Assembly: GCA_963704775.1 (NCBI GenBank)
Contig: CAVPHR010000003.1
Coordinates: forward strand, 14,050 to 78,049
DNA: 64,000 nt
Reading direction: 5' to 3'
DNA from: an uncultured Chloroflexia bacterium
GTDB taxonomy: Bacteria > Chloroflexota > Limnocylindria > Limnocylindrales > CSP1-4
The notes below the pieces were generated by a model, which did not search any database, had not been told where the DNA came from, and saw only the letters and a list, made by a program, of their open reading frames with translations. Positions 13,702 to 25,005 of this stretch are shown one piece after another. Every line of letters begins with the position of its first letter. Positions within the stretch are counted from its first letter, which is position 1. The position numbers and the translations under genes are program-made.

Positions 13702-14818
13702 GCGCGGGCCGGTGGGCTTCGGCCGGCGACCGGCCGACACGGCCGCGGGCGAGGCCGGCAAGCCACCCGTGCCCGAGGGCGCTGTCCGGCTCGACGACGA
13801 TGCCGCCGGGGCGCTGCTGCCCGAGCGTCCGATCCGCGGGCACAAGGGCTCGTTCGGCAAGCTCCTCGTGGTCGCCGGATCGCTCGACTACGCGGGGGCC
13901 GCGCTGCTCGTGTGCCGCGCGGGTGGCCGCACGGGCGCGGGGCTCGTGACGCTGGCCGTCCCCGAGTCGCTGCAGCCGCTGTTCGCGGCGAAGGTCGTCG
14001 AGGCCACGACCATGGCGTTGCCGGAGGACGACGTCGAGGAGATCGATGCCGAGGGCGCGCTGGCGCGGATCCTCGACCACGAACACGACGCGATGGTCGT
14101 CGGACCGGGCCTGCGCCCCGGGCTGTCAACGGTCGAGCTGGTCCGCGAGCTCATCGCCGCGGGCGATGCCGAAGGGCCGCCGGTCCTCCTCGACGCCGAG
14201 GCGCTCCGGTCGCTCGCGACGATGGATGCGTGGTGGACGACGATGACCCGACCGGGCGTCCTGACCCCGCACGCCGGGGAGTTCGCGCGACTGCGGGCCG
14301 GCATGGGCGTCGACCCAGCGACCGACGGCGACCTCGTGGCCGACGATGCCGCGCGCGTGGTGGCCGCGCGGACCGCCGCGACGACGTGGGGCCAGGTCGT
14401 CGTCCTCAAGGGAGCGGCCACGGTCGTCGCGGCGCCCGACGGCTCGGTCGCGATCGCCCCGTTCGAGAACCCGGCCCTCGCGACGGGCGGCACCGGCGAC
14501 GTGCTCGCGGGTGCGATCGGGGCGTTGCTCGCGCAGGGCCTCGACCCGTTCGCGGCCGCACGGCTGGGCGTCTACCTCCACGGTCTGGCGGGCGACGGGG
14601 CGCGCGAGCGCTTCGGCGACGCCGGCGTGCTCGCGTCGGACCTGCCCGAAGGGCTCGCACTCGCCCGCAAGCGTCTCGCGGCCGCCGCGGAGCGCCGGCG
14701 CGCCCGCGGGCGCCTGGGGTTCGTGGCACGGACCGGCGAGCCGGCCGCGGCCGACGAGGCGACCGGGAAACCGGCCGGCGCCCCGGGCCCGGCGTCCCGG
14801 ACCCCGGACCCGGCCTGA
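13694..14818 (+). CDS. nnrD: ADP-dependent NAD(P)H-hydrate dehydratase (stand-alone YjeF-C)
   Basis: [39 protein letters not shown]. Confidence 0.93.
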   Translation: MTERGPVGFGRRPADTAAGEAGKPPVPEGAVRLDDDAAGALLPERPIRGHKGSFGKLLVVAGSLDYAGAALLVCRAGGRTGAGLVTLAVPESLQPLFAAKVVEATTMALPEDDVEEIDAEGALARILDHEHDAMVVGPGLRPGLSTVELVRELIAAGDAEGPPVLLDAEALRSLATMDAWWTTMTRPGVLTPHAGEFARLRAGMGVDPATDGDLVADDAARVVAARTAATTWGQVVVLKGAATVVAAPDGSVAIAPFENPALATGGTGDVLAGAIGALLAQGLDPFAAARLGVYLHGLAGDGARERFGDAGVLASDLPEGLALARKRLAAAAERRRARGRLGFVARTGEPAAADEATGKPAGAPGPASRTPDPA

Positions 14819-14838
14819 GCCGGCGCCCGAGCCGAGGG

Positions 14839-16109
14839 ATGGCCCGCACCGGACCCAGCGATCCCGTGGACGAGCGACTGGCGGCCGCCGGCCTGCCGCC
14901 GCTGCCGCGGACCGCGTGGCTCGAGATCGACCTCGACGCGCTCACGTCAACCTCGCGCTCGTCCGCGCCGCCGCCGGGCCCGGCGTCGCCGTCCGCCCGG
15001 TCGTGAAGGCCGATGCCTATGGCCACGGGGCGCTGCCGGTCGCCCGGGCCCTGGTGGAGGCGGGCGTCGACGGCCTGTGCGTCGCGACACTGGACGAGGC
15101 GCTCGCGCTGCGAGCCGGCCGGATCCGGGCCCCCGTCCTCGTCCTGTACCCGATCCCGCCGGCGCCTGGGCGCCCGACGCGGCGCGTCGCGGCATCGCGG
15201 ATCGCGGCCGGGGACCCGGCCTGCTGGCCGCGACGCTCGGCGGCTCTCCGGACCGGGCGCCGGCAAGGCTCGCGCCGCCTCGCGGATCGAGCTCGAGGTC
15301 GAGACGGGCCTCGGACGCGGCGGGTTCGGCCCGGCGAGCGATCGTCGCGGCGGCCGCGGCCATCCGCGCGAGCGGCGACGTCGTCGTCGGCCGGCCTCTG
15401 GACGCACCTGCAGGCGCCCGAGGACATCGAGCGAACGGACGCGCCAGCTCGGCCGGTTCGAGGACGCGCCGCGGCGCTGCGCGGCGGCCGGGATCCGCGC
15501 TGCCGGCCCGCCATGCGCGCGCGAGCGGCGGCGCTCCTGACCGGGCGACGTCTGGCCGCCTACGACGGCGTCCGCCCGGGCCTCGCCATCTACGGCCTGG
15601 CGCCCGACGAGATCCGCCCGGACGCGCCGCCCGGTGCCGCCGGCAGCCGACCTGCGGCCCGTGCTGTCCCTCCATGCCCGGCCGGTCCGGGTCGCGGACC
15701 TGCCGGCGGGGTGGGGCATCAGCTACGGCCCGACGTTCGCGACCGACGCGGCCCAGCCGGATCGCGACGCTGCCGCTCGGGTACGGCGACGGCTGGCCGC
15801 GCTCGCTCTCGAACCGGGCCGAGCGCGCTGGTCCGCGGCGCACGCGTGCCGCTCGTCGGCAACGTCGCGATGGACGCGGTGATGGTCGACGTGACCGACG
15901 TGCCCGGGCCGCCGGTCGGCGCTCGGCGACGAATTCACGCTCATCGGCACGCCAGGGCGACGAGCGGATCACGGTCGCGGAGTTGGCGCAGGCGCGCACC
16001 ACGAACTCGTGGGAGGTGGTCACCGTCGATGCTCCGCGCGATTACCCCGGGTGTACTATGCGCGCCCGGACCAGTCGGTCTGCGCACGCTCGACCGAGTG
16101 GAGATCTGA
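14839..16109 (+). CDS. alr: Alanine racemase (multiple frameshifts)
   Basis: [48 protein letters not shown]. Confidence 0.93.
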
Positions 16110-16110
16110 C

Positions 16111-16657
16111 TTGGCGCGCATCGAACTCTGGAACGGCGACATCTGCGACCTCGAGGTCGACGCCATCGTCAACGCGGCGAACCTCTCGCTCTGGATGTCG
16201 ACTGGCGTCGGCGGCGCGCTCAAGCGCGCCGGCGGCGACGCGATCGAGTTCGCGGCGGTCCGCCAGGCGCCTGTCCCGCTCGGCGAGGCGATCGTCACGA
16301 CCGCCGGGTCCCTCGCGGCCCGCGCGGTCATCCACGCCGTGTCGCTCGATCGCGAGCGGCGCACCAGCGGCGCGGCCATCGCGGCGGCCGTCCGCTCGGC
16401 GATGGCCCGTGCCCGCGAGATCGGCGCCACGAGCATCGCCTTCCCGGCGCTCGGCACGGGCGTCGGCGGGTTCCCGCTCGACGAGGCCGCGCGGATCACC
16501 GTCCAGGCGGTGCGCGAGAACTGCCGTGCGTGTCCTACCATCGACCATGTGATCTTCGCGTTGCGCGGGAAGGCGGCCTACGAGGCGTTCGCCGCGGCCA
16601 TGGCGATGCCCCAGGCCCCGATCGGCCACGGCGCCGAGGCCATCGGAGGACGTGTGA
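16111..16657 (+). CDS. Macro domain (ADP-ribose-binding) protein
   Basis: GDIC..VDAIVNAAN, VIHAV, SIAFPALGTGVGGFP; TTG start; as sequenced it reads in frame into the next ORF. Confidence 0.88.
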
Positions 16658-16945
16658 CCACGCCGCTCGAGCCCACCGAGGAGCAGCGCGACGAGCTCGT
16701 CGAGCAGGTCGCCCGCGAGATCCAGCTGCGCGGCCTGACCGGCCCGGCCGTCCATTTCCTCGAGGCCAGCCGGCCGTACCGCGCCGCTCGGCGCGAACGC
16801 GATGCTCTTCTTCGATCCGGTGCTGCGCGGCCTGTTCGGCGGCGAGCTCTCCTCGGCGACCGAGATCATGGCCGACGACGCCGGCATCGAGCTGCTGATC
16901 GCCCGGCTCGAGGAGTACGACGACGAGGCGACCTGGGACGCGTGA
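16654..16945 (+). CDS. Small acidic hypothetical protein (frameshift near 16780)
   Basis: GGAGGA RBS then GTG; DELVEQVAREIQLRGLTGPAVHFLEASRP..NAMLFFDPVLRGLFGG..LLIARLEE. Confidence 0.7.
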
Positions 16946-16979
16946 CCACGGCCCGGCAGGCGCCGGGTAGCATGGCCCG

Positions 16980-18617
16980 ATGACGAGCGACCCGCGCGCG
17001 TTCCTCGCCATCGATCGAGGCGCGGCGACCACCGGCGCGGCCCTGGTCGGCCGCATCGACCACGCCTGGCGCCTCCTCGGCTCCGTGGCGCTCCCGGCCC
17101 GGTCCCACCCCGATGCCGCTGCGCATCTGCTCCTGGCCCGGCGTGGCCGATGCCGACCCCGAGCTCGCGGCGCACCTGCGCGTCGATCCCGACCGCCCCG
17201 ACCTGCTGCCCGAGGTCTCGGTGACCTCGACGCCGGCCCGACGCCTGGCCGTCGTGGCCGCCTCGGAACGGGCGCTCGCGCCGCTCGTCGCGGCCGCGGC
17301 CCGGAGCGGGTGGCGGACGGTGGCGGCCAGCGCCGAGACGACCGACCCGCTCGCGATGTCCCGGATGCTGCTCGACGGCGGCTCCGACGGGATCCTGGCG
17401 GGCGCGGGCGACCCGGCCGGGGCCGACGAGCGCGGGGCGCTGGCCGAGCTGACCGCCCTCGTCGCCGCCGCGGCCACCCGGCGGCCGGAGCGCCTCGTCG
17501 ATCCTGGCCGGCGCGATGACCGAGGGCGCGGCCGCGTTCGGCGACATGAACGCCCGGGGCGGCGAGACGCTGCTCGCCCCTGCGGCCCGCCCGGGCGCCG
17601 CGGGGGCGCCCCTGCGCGACCTGCTGTCCGCCCTGGCGCTGCCCGTCGACGACGCCCGCCGCGTGCTCGGCGCGGCCACGCTGACGCTCGCTGACGTGCT
17701 CGATCGCCGCATAGAGCTCATCGAGATCGGCTACGACGGCGGCCTCCGGGCCAAGGCGTATCCCGCCGGCCCATCGGACCCTGCCGGTGTCGACGTCGCG
17801 ATCGTGCCGGACGCCGGCCTCGCCCCGGCCGACCCCGACGACGCGACCGTCGACCGCGTGCTCGGCTGGATGACGGTCGCCTCGGATCGGCACCGCCTGC
17901 GCGACCGCCTCCGCGAGCTGCGGATCGCCCCGTGGGCCGACTCGACGGCCGACGGGGTCGCGCTGCGCATGGCGGCCGCCCGTGCGGCCCTGGCACGGCT
18001 GATCGAGGCGACGCCGGAGGCCGCCGGCGAACCTGCCCCTGACCTCATCGTCGCGGCGGGCGGCGTCTGGTCGATCGTGCCGCCGCCAGCGGTCGCGCTC
18101 GCCATCGCCGACGTCCTGCGTCGGCCCGGCGCGAGCGGCTACGCCCTGGACCACGCCCGGCTGCTCGGCCCGCTGGGCTCCATCCCCGATCCGGACGAGC
18201 GGCGGGCGGTCATCGCCGACCTGGCCGACGACCTGCTGGCGCCGCTCGGCAGCGTCGTGACACCGGCCGGCCTCAAGACCGGGCGGAGTGCCGGCAGCCT
18301 CGTCGTCCACGACCGGCCGCGGGTGGCCGGCAGCCCGACGCCGCGGAGTCGCAGCCCGATCGACCTGATGCCCGGCGGCCTCGCGATGGTGGCCCTGCCG
18401 CCCGGGCGCGTCGGCGACCGCGGAGTTCCGCTTCAGGGACAGCGTCCGCCTCGGCGGCCGCGGCCGCCACTTCGCGGTCGACGTCTCGGGCGGGCTGGCC
18501 GGACTGCTCGTCGACCTGCGCGACGTGCCGCTGCGCCTGCCCGATCGCGCCGACCGGCGTCGGGAGCTTCTCGATTCGTGGCAGGTCACCGCCGCCGCGG
18601 GCGCGCCCGATGGGTAA
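16980..18617 (+). CDS. Glutamate mutase L (GlmL)-like ASKHA-fold protein, divergent (frameshifted)
   Basis: N-terminal FLAIDRGAATT phosphate-1-like motif, DLIVAAGGV, LLGPLG, C-terminal GGLAGLLVDLRDVPLRLP; family recognised from memory. Confidence 0.68.
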
Positions 18618-19684
18618 CGGCTGGCACCCGGGCGAGGCCCTCGGCGATCCTGAGGGTCCCGCTCCCGAGGCCGGGCCCGCGACGGATCTCGAGCTCGTGC
18701 CGTTGCGACGCCTGATCGAATCGCCCGTCGACGCGGTCTTCGCCCTCTCGCCGGGCGACCGCGCGATCGTCGAGGCGGGGGCGTCGGTCGTCGTCGGGCG
18801 CCCCGATCGCCGAGCGCCTGCGCGACCCGCGGCTCGAGGACAAGGTGGTCACCGAGCCGGTCGAGCCGCGCCCGGGCGACCGCTGGCACGCGATCGGCCG
18901 GGTCGTCGGCGCCGGCGGGACCGGCCCGGGCCGCGCGCACGGCGGCGAGTACCTCTTCCCCTGGCGCACGCGATGGCGCGTCGCCACCGGCGACATCGTC
19001 GATCCGCTCGAGACGCCGGTCGCCGGCATCGTCCGCGACGTGCGCCCGGGCACCGCGATCACGATGCGGGCCGCCGGCCGCGGGATCCGCGGCATCGTCG
19101 TCCTGGGTGGCCCGACCCGCGGCCGGCTCAGCCTCACGACGAAGCCGGACGGCGGCCTGCGTCCCGGCGGCCTCGACGTCGGCATGGCGGGCTCGATCCT
19201 TGTGGTCGATGCCCGGGTCGATGCCGAGACGCTGACGCGGGCCCGGGCGATGGGCGTGCGGGGCATCGTCGTGCCGGGGCTCGCGAGCAAGGAGCGGCGC
19301 GATTTCCTCGCGTCCGAGGCGCGCCAGCGGGCCGCCCTGCACCGCCTGCCGCCCTACGCGGTCCTGGTCATGGACGGCGCGACGCGGCGGCCGCTGGCCG
19401 GGCCGATCATGGCGCTCCTCGCGGCCATGGTCGGACGCGAGGCCGCGATCGTGGCCGACCCGCCGATGCTCGTGTTCGACGCTCCCGACCTCGTCGTGCC
19501 GGCGCCGCCGCCCGATCTCGTCCGGATCCGGGCCGGCGCGCTGAGCGGCCTCGAAGGCCGCTGGCTGGGCCCGGCCGGTCGGCGGCGGTTCGCGGGCGGG
19601 GTCGATCTCGAGGCCGGGCACGTGCGACTCGCCGACGGCAGCTCGGTCGCGGTCCCGCTCGGCGACCTCGAGCGCTTCGCCTGA
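18610..19684 (+). CDS. Conserved hypothetical protein (hybrid-motif-like, swivel-like and KOW/SH3-like regions; frameshift near 18800)
   Basis: LETPVAGIVRDV, RARAMGVRGIVVPG, VRIRAGALSGLEG..VRLADGSSVAVPLGDLE; overlaps the GlmL-like stop. Confidence 0.7.
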
Positions 19685-19747
19685 CCGTCCCCACGGCAGG
19701 ACCATCGGCTCGCGCGACGCCACCGGCATTCGGCTACCCTCGCCCCG

Positions 19748-20225
19748 ATGCCTGCCACGAGCCTCCTACGCCGACACGTCACGAGCCCCGATCCCGACGC
19801 CACGTCCGCGCTCGGGGCCTCGCTGGCCGCCGTCGCCCGGCCCGGTGACCTGCTGTGCCTGTGGGGCGACCTCGGGGCCGGCAAGACCCACTTGGCGAAG
19901 GCCTTCGGGGCCGGGCTGGGCGTGCGCGAGACGGTCACCTCGCCGAGCTTCGTGCTCATGTCCGAGTACGCGGGCCGGCTGCCGATGTTCCACGTCGACC
20001 TGTACCGCCTGGCCGACGCTGCCGACGTCCTGGCCGGCGGGCTGCTCGATGACGACCGGTGGGCCGGCGGCGTCACTCTCATCGAGTGGCCGGAACGCAT
20101 GGGCGACGCGATCCCGCGCGGAACGCCTCGACGTCGTCATCGCGGGCTCCGGCGACGACCCGCGCGAGATCGAGCTGATCGCCCACGGCGAGCGCCACCA
20201 GCACTACCTGGAGGCCGTCCGGTGA
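19748..20225 (+). CDS. tsaE: t6A biosynthesis ATPase TsaE (frameshift)
   Basis: GDLGAGKT, VTSPSF, HVDLYRL, IEWPE. Confidence 0.95.
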
Positions 20226-20921
20226 GCGCCGCGACCGCGGGCGAGGTCGTCCTCGCCATCGACACCGCCACCACGCGGATCGCCATCGGGATCGGCACGC
20301 ACGACGGGCGATGTGCTCGCGGTGACGAGCTGGCCGGCCGGCTACCGCCACGGCGAGACGCTCCTGCCGGCGCTCGAGCGGCTGCTCGCCGACCACGGGC
20401 ATCGACCGGGGGCGGATCGCCGCGATCGTCGTCGGCACCGGGCCGGGCGCGTTCACCGGGCTGCGGGTGGGCATCGCGACCGCGAAGGGCCTCGCGCACG
20501 GGCTGGGCCGGCCGATCGTCGGGATCGCGACGGCGGCCGCCCTGCTGTCCGCCGCCACGCGCCTCGATGGGATCGCAGGCCGGGCACGGCGTCCTTCTGC
20601 TGCCCGCCGGGCCGTCGGACCGCATCCTCGTCCGCGAAGGGCGCGGCGCCGGCCCTGCTCCCGGCGGATCGGGAGCCCGAGCTCGACCCGGCGGACGTCC
20701 TGGTCGCGGTCGACCTCGATGGCCGAGCCCCGGCCGAGGCGCTCGCCCGTGGCGAGTCGGCGCGTGACGCGCTGGCCGCGGAGCTCCTGCGGCTCGGCGG
20801 CGCCCGGCTGGCCGCGGGCGACGTCGACGATCTCGCCCTGCTGGTGCCCGAGTACGTGACGCTGCCGCGCGGGGTCGCGGCGATGAGCGGGGAGGTGGCA
20901 TGGTCGCACGACCCCCGCTGA
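20222..20921 (+). CDS. tsaB: t6A biosynthesis protein TsaB (frameshifts)
   Basis: VLAIDTAT, HGETLLP, VGTGPGAFTGLRVGIATAKGLA, LVPEY. Confidence 0.92.
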
Positions 20922-21512
20922 GGCTCCGGATCGAGCCGATGCGGATCGAGGACCTCGTCGTCGTCCACGCCATCGAGCGGGCGAGCTTCGCCGCGCCGTG
21001 GCCGGCCAACGCCTACCGCAGCGAGCTCGAGACAAACCGGCTCGCCCACTACCTGGTCGTCCGGGTCGAGGACGAGATCGTCGGGCTACGGCGGCATGTG
21101 GCTGATGGTCGACGAGGCGCACATCACGACGTTCGCGATCCACCCGGCCTGGCGCCGCCAGCGGATCGGGGAGCGGCTCCTGCTCGCGTTCCTCGACCTC
21201 GCGATCGACCGGCGGGCGCGCGAGGCGACCCTCGAGGTCCGCCTCTCGAACCTGCCCGCGCGCCGCCTGTACGAGAAGTACGGCTTCAAGCCGGTCGGGC
21301 TCCGGCCGCGCTACTACAGCGACGACGGCGAGGACGCCCTGATCATGACGACCGAGGCGCTGACCGGGCCGATCATGCGCGAGCGGATCGAGCGCCTGCG
21401 CGCCGAGCTCGATGCCGCGCCGGCCCCGGTCCATCCCGACGACCGGGGCGATCACCAGGGTGCGGTCGAGATCCCGGGCGACCCGGACGACCCCGATGGC
21501 GGCGGGGCGTGA
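20900..21512 (+). CDS. rimI: Ribosomal protein S18 alanine N-acetyltransferase (frameshift)
   Basis: IERASFAAPW, EAHITTFAIHP, TLEVRLSN, RPRYYSD..EDALIM. Confidence 0.93.
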
Positions 21513-22580
21513 GTGGGTCGCTCGTGCTCGCCATCGAGTCGTCGTGCGATGAGACCGGCATCGCGCTGATCGAGGACGGGCGGACGATCCGCTCGAACGT
21601 CGTCGCCTCCCAGGTGGCGTTGCACGCCGCGTCGGGCGGGATCGTGCCGGAGGTGGCCGCGCGCGCCCACCTGCGCTGGATCGTCCCGGTCCTCGATGCG
21701 GCCTGGGCGGATGCCGGGGCGGCGTGGTCCGAGATCGACGCCGTGACCGTGACCTACGGTCCCGGGCTGGCCGGGTCGCTGCTCGTCGGCATCAACCTCG
21801 CGAAGGCGCTCGCGTGGGTCCACGAGAAGCCGCTGATCGGGGTCAACCACCTCGAGGGCCACGTGTACGCGGCCTGGCTCGCCGAGGGTCAGGAGCACGT
21901 CGAGCCCGTCTTCCCGCTCGTCACGCTCGTCGTCTCGGGCGGGCACACGTTCCTCGCCGAGATGACGCGGGCATCTCACCTACCGCGCGCTCGGCGCCAC
22001 GGTCGACGACGCGGCGGGCGAGGCGTTCGACAAGGTCGGCCGCCTGCTCGGCCTCGGGTATCCGGGCGGCCCCGCGATCTCGAAGGCGGCCGAGGGCGCG
22101 ACGCAGCGTGACCGCGTCTTCCCCCGGGCGTGGCTGGGCGATTCGTTCGACTTCAGCTTCTCCGGGCTCAAGACGGCCGCCCGGCGGGTGGTCACCGACG
22201 CGCGCGCGGAGGCCGGGATCGCCGACGACCCCGAGGCCGCGCTCCCGCCCGAGATCGTCGCAGAGCTGGCCTGGGGGTTCCAGGACGCCGTCGTGGACGT
22301 CCTCGTGACCAAGACGATCCGCGCGGCCCGCGCGAGCGGCGCCCGCTCGATCGTGCTGGGCGGCGGCGTCGCGGCGAACACGGCGTTGCGGGCGCGGCTG
22401 GCGGGCGAGGCCGACGAGCTCGGCATCCCGCTCATCGTGCCCCGGCCTGCCCTGTGCACGGACAATGGCGCGATGATCGGAGCGGCCGGCGCGCGTCGGT
22501 TCGCGGCGGGCGACCGGTCCGGCCTCGACCTCGACGCCCGCCCGTCGCTGCCGCTCGCGGCACGGGACGCCGAGCGGTGA
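21509..22580 (+). CDS. tsaD: t6A transferase TsaD (frameshift near 21970)
   Basis: IESSCDET, GGIVPEVAARAH, NHLEGH, VSGGHT, GGVAAN, CTDNGAMI. Confidence 0.96.
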
Positions 22581-23476
22581 GCGGCCAGGCCCGGCCTCGC
22601 CTCGACCCGGCCGAGGTGCGCGCCACGCTGCGGGCCGCCGGCCTGCGCGCCCGCCACGCGCTGTCGCAGAACTTCCTGGCCGACCCGGACGTGCTCGAGG
22701 CGATCCTCGCCGAGGCGGCGCCCGAGCCCGGCCGCCGCGTGCTCGAGATCGGGCCCGGCCTCGGACTCGTGACCGGCGGGCTCCTCGCGGCGGGGGCGGA
22801 GGTCACGGCCGTCGAGCTCGACAGCGGGCTCGCGGCGTTCCTGCGCGACCGGTTCGAAGGGCCGCTCGAGAGCGGGCAGCTGCGCCTTATCGAGGGCGAC
22901 GCGCTCGACCAGGACCTTGTCCGGCTCGCCGAGCCGCCATACGACGTCGTCGCGAACCTGCCGTACCACATCACGAGCCCGATCCTGCACGCACTGCTGG
23001 GATCGCCCCCGCGGCCGGAGCGCTCGGTGCTCATGGTCCAGCGCGAGGTCGCGGAGCGGATCGCCGCGCCGCCCGGGAAGATGAGCTACCTCTCGGTGTT
23101 CGTGCAGTACCACGCCCGTGTCCGGATCGCGTTCACGGTCCGCCCCGAGGCGTTCGAGCCGGCACCGGCCGTCGAATCGGCGGTGATCGTCGTGGAGCCG
23201 TTCGACGCCGACGACCGCCTCGACCCCGACGCCGAGGACGAGCTCTGGCGGCTCGTCCAGGCGAGCTTCCGCGAGCGCCGCAAGATGCTCCACAACGTCC
23301 TCGCCCGCCAGCTGCCGTTCGATGCCGCCGAGGTGACCGCGGCCCTCGAGGCGGTCGGCATCGACCCCGAGCGGCGCCCGCAGACCCTCGCGGTGGGGGA
23401 GTGGCTGGCCCTGCGCGAGGCGCTCGGCCCGATCGGGGCCGATCGGCGCACCCGTCGCGAGACGTCGCGCTCGTGA
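22577..23476 (+). CDS. rsmA: 16S rRNA adenine dimethyltransferase
   Basis: SQNFL, LEIGPGLG, VANLPYHITSP, MVQREVAERI, RRKML. Confidence 0.96.
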   Translation: MSGQARPRLDPAEVRATLRAAGLRARHALSQNFLADPDVLEAILAEAAPEPGRRVLEIGPGLGLVTGGLLAAGAEVTAVELDSGLAAFLRDRFEGPLESGQLRLIEGDALDQDLVRLAEPPYDVVANLPYHITSPILHALLGSPPRPERSVLMVQREVAERIAAPPGKMSYLSVFVQYHARVRIAFTVRPEAFEPAPAVESAVIVVEPFDADDRLDPDAEDELWRLVQASFRERRKMLHNVLARQLPFDAAEVTAALEAVGIDPERRPQTLAVGEWLALREALGPIGADRRTRRETSRS

Positions 23477-24480
23477 TGGCCGCGACGGACCCGTCCCGAC
23501 GACTGACGCCCGTGCTCCGGCTCGCGCCGGCCAAGCTCAACCTGACGCTGGCCGTGGTCGGCCGGCGCCCGGACGGCTTCCACGAGCTGCACTCGGTCTT
23601 CGTGCCGCTCGGCTTGGCCGATCGGCTGAGCCTCGCCCACGCCGGCGGCCACGCCGACAGCCTTCACGTCGAGGGCTTCGATCCCGGCCCGCCGTCCGAC
23701 AACGTCGTGTTCCGGGCGCTGGCCGCCGTCCGCGCTGCGGTCGGGGGCGGCTGGGCCGGTGGCCCGGGGCCCGCGCCCGCGCTTGCGGCCCGCCTCGAGA
23801 AGCGGATCCCGGTCGCGGCGGGGCTCGCCGGCGGGTCCTCGGATGCGGCCGCGACCCTAGATGCCGCGCTGGAGGCGTGGGGCGCCGAGCTCGATCCGGA
23901 CGCGCGTCTGCGCGTCGCGGCCCAGCTTGGCTCGGACGTGCCGTTCTTCGGGGTCGGCGGCCCGGCCCTCGTCGAGGGACGCGGCGAGCGGGTCGCAGCG
24001 CTGCGCGGCCTGCGCGGGGCGCCGGGAGTCCTGCTCGTGACGCCAGCGGTCCCGATCTCGACGCACGAGGTCTTCGACGCGTTCGACGCGCTGCGGGGCG
24101 TCGGTGACGGCTCGGTCCGCATGTCGTCGGTCCATCTCGCGGAGGAGCTCCGTTCGGGGCTGTCGGCCGCGGACCTCCTCGCGCGGGCCGGCGTCCTCAC
24201 CGTCGCCAACGACCTCCTGCCCGCGACGGCCGCGGTCCTGCCCGGGATCGTGACGTTCCGGCGTGCCCTCAACCGGCTTCTCGGGCGCCCACTCGGTCTG
24301 TCGGGCTCCGGTCCGACCCTCTGGGCGCTCTATGCTTCCGAGGCCGACGCGACCGCCGCGGCCGACCTGGTCCGGGCGAGCCTGCGCGACGGGACGCTCA
24401 CGCCGCCAGGCGACGCCGCACCGTTCGTGACGGCCACCAGCATCGTCACCCAGCCAGACGAGGAGGAGCCGACGACATGA
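23476..24480 (+). CDS. ispE: CDP-methylerythritol kinase
   Basis: APAKLNLTL, KRIPVAAGLAGGSSDAA, LGSDVPFF, LSGSGPT. Confidence 0.95.
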   Translation: MAATDPSRRLTPVLRLAPAKLNLTLAVVGRRPDGFHELHSVFVPLGLADRLSLAHAGGHADSLHVEGFDPGPPSDNVVFRALAAVRAAVGGGWAGGPGPAPALAARLEKRIPVAAGLAGGSSDAAATLDAALEAWGAELDPDARLRVAAQLGSDVPFFGVGGPALVEGRGERVAALRGLRGAPGVLLVTPAVPISTHEVFDAFDALRGVGDGSVRMSSVHLAEELRSGLSAADLLARAGVLTVANDLLPATAAVLPGIVTFRRALNRLLGRPLGLSGSGPTLWALYASEADATAAADLVRASLRDGTLTPPGDAAPFVTATSIVTQPDEEEPTT

Positions 24481-24863
24481 CCCACCGAGCCGTCTCGACC
24501 ACGGGCGCCCCGGCCGCGGTCGGTCCTTACAGCCAGGGCATCGTCGCCGACGGCCTGCTCTTCACCGCCGGCCAGGCGTCGCTCGACCCGCAGACGGGCG
24601 CGATCGTCGAGGGCGGCATCGGTCCCGAAACCGAGCGGGTGATGGCGAACCTGAGCGCGGTCCTCGACGCAGCCGGCGCCACCTGGGCCGATGTGGTCAA
24701 GACGACGATCTTCCTCATCGACATCGCGGACTTCGCGGCCGTCAACGAGATCTACGCACGGTTCCTTGCGGACCCACCGCCCGCTCGCTCGACGGTCGGC
24801 GTGGCCGCCCTGCCCAAGGGCGCCAGGGTCGAGATCGAGGCCATCGCACGCCTGCCGCGGTGA
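24477..24863 (+). CDS. ridA: RidA family enamine/imine deaminase
   Basis: APAAVGPYSQ, VVKTTIFL, PPARS..V..LP...VEIEAIA. Confidence 0.94.
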   Translation: MTHRAVSTTGAPAAVGPYSQGIVADGLLFTAGQASLDPQTGAIVEGGIGPETERVMANLSAVLDAAGATWADVVKTTIFLIDIADFAAVNEIYARFLADPPPARSTVGVAALPKGARVEIEAIARLPR

Positions 24864-24874
24864 CGTCCGCTCGG

Positions 24875-24904
24875 TTGACACTCCGAACGGGGCGCCCATA
24901 CCAT
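24875..24904 (+). promoter_or_regulatory. Sigma70-type promoter upstream of glmU
   Basis: TTGACA-18 nt-TACCAT in an otherwise GC-rich intergenic region. Confidence 0.6.
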
Positions 24905-25005
24905 GCCGCCACCCATCCGATGACATCCGACCCACACGCGCCGGGACCACAGGGCGTCGCGACCGACCGACGTCGTCCGACCCGGGCCCCGCGGCGCCAC
25001 TCCCT

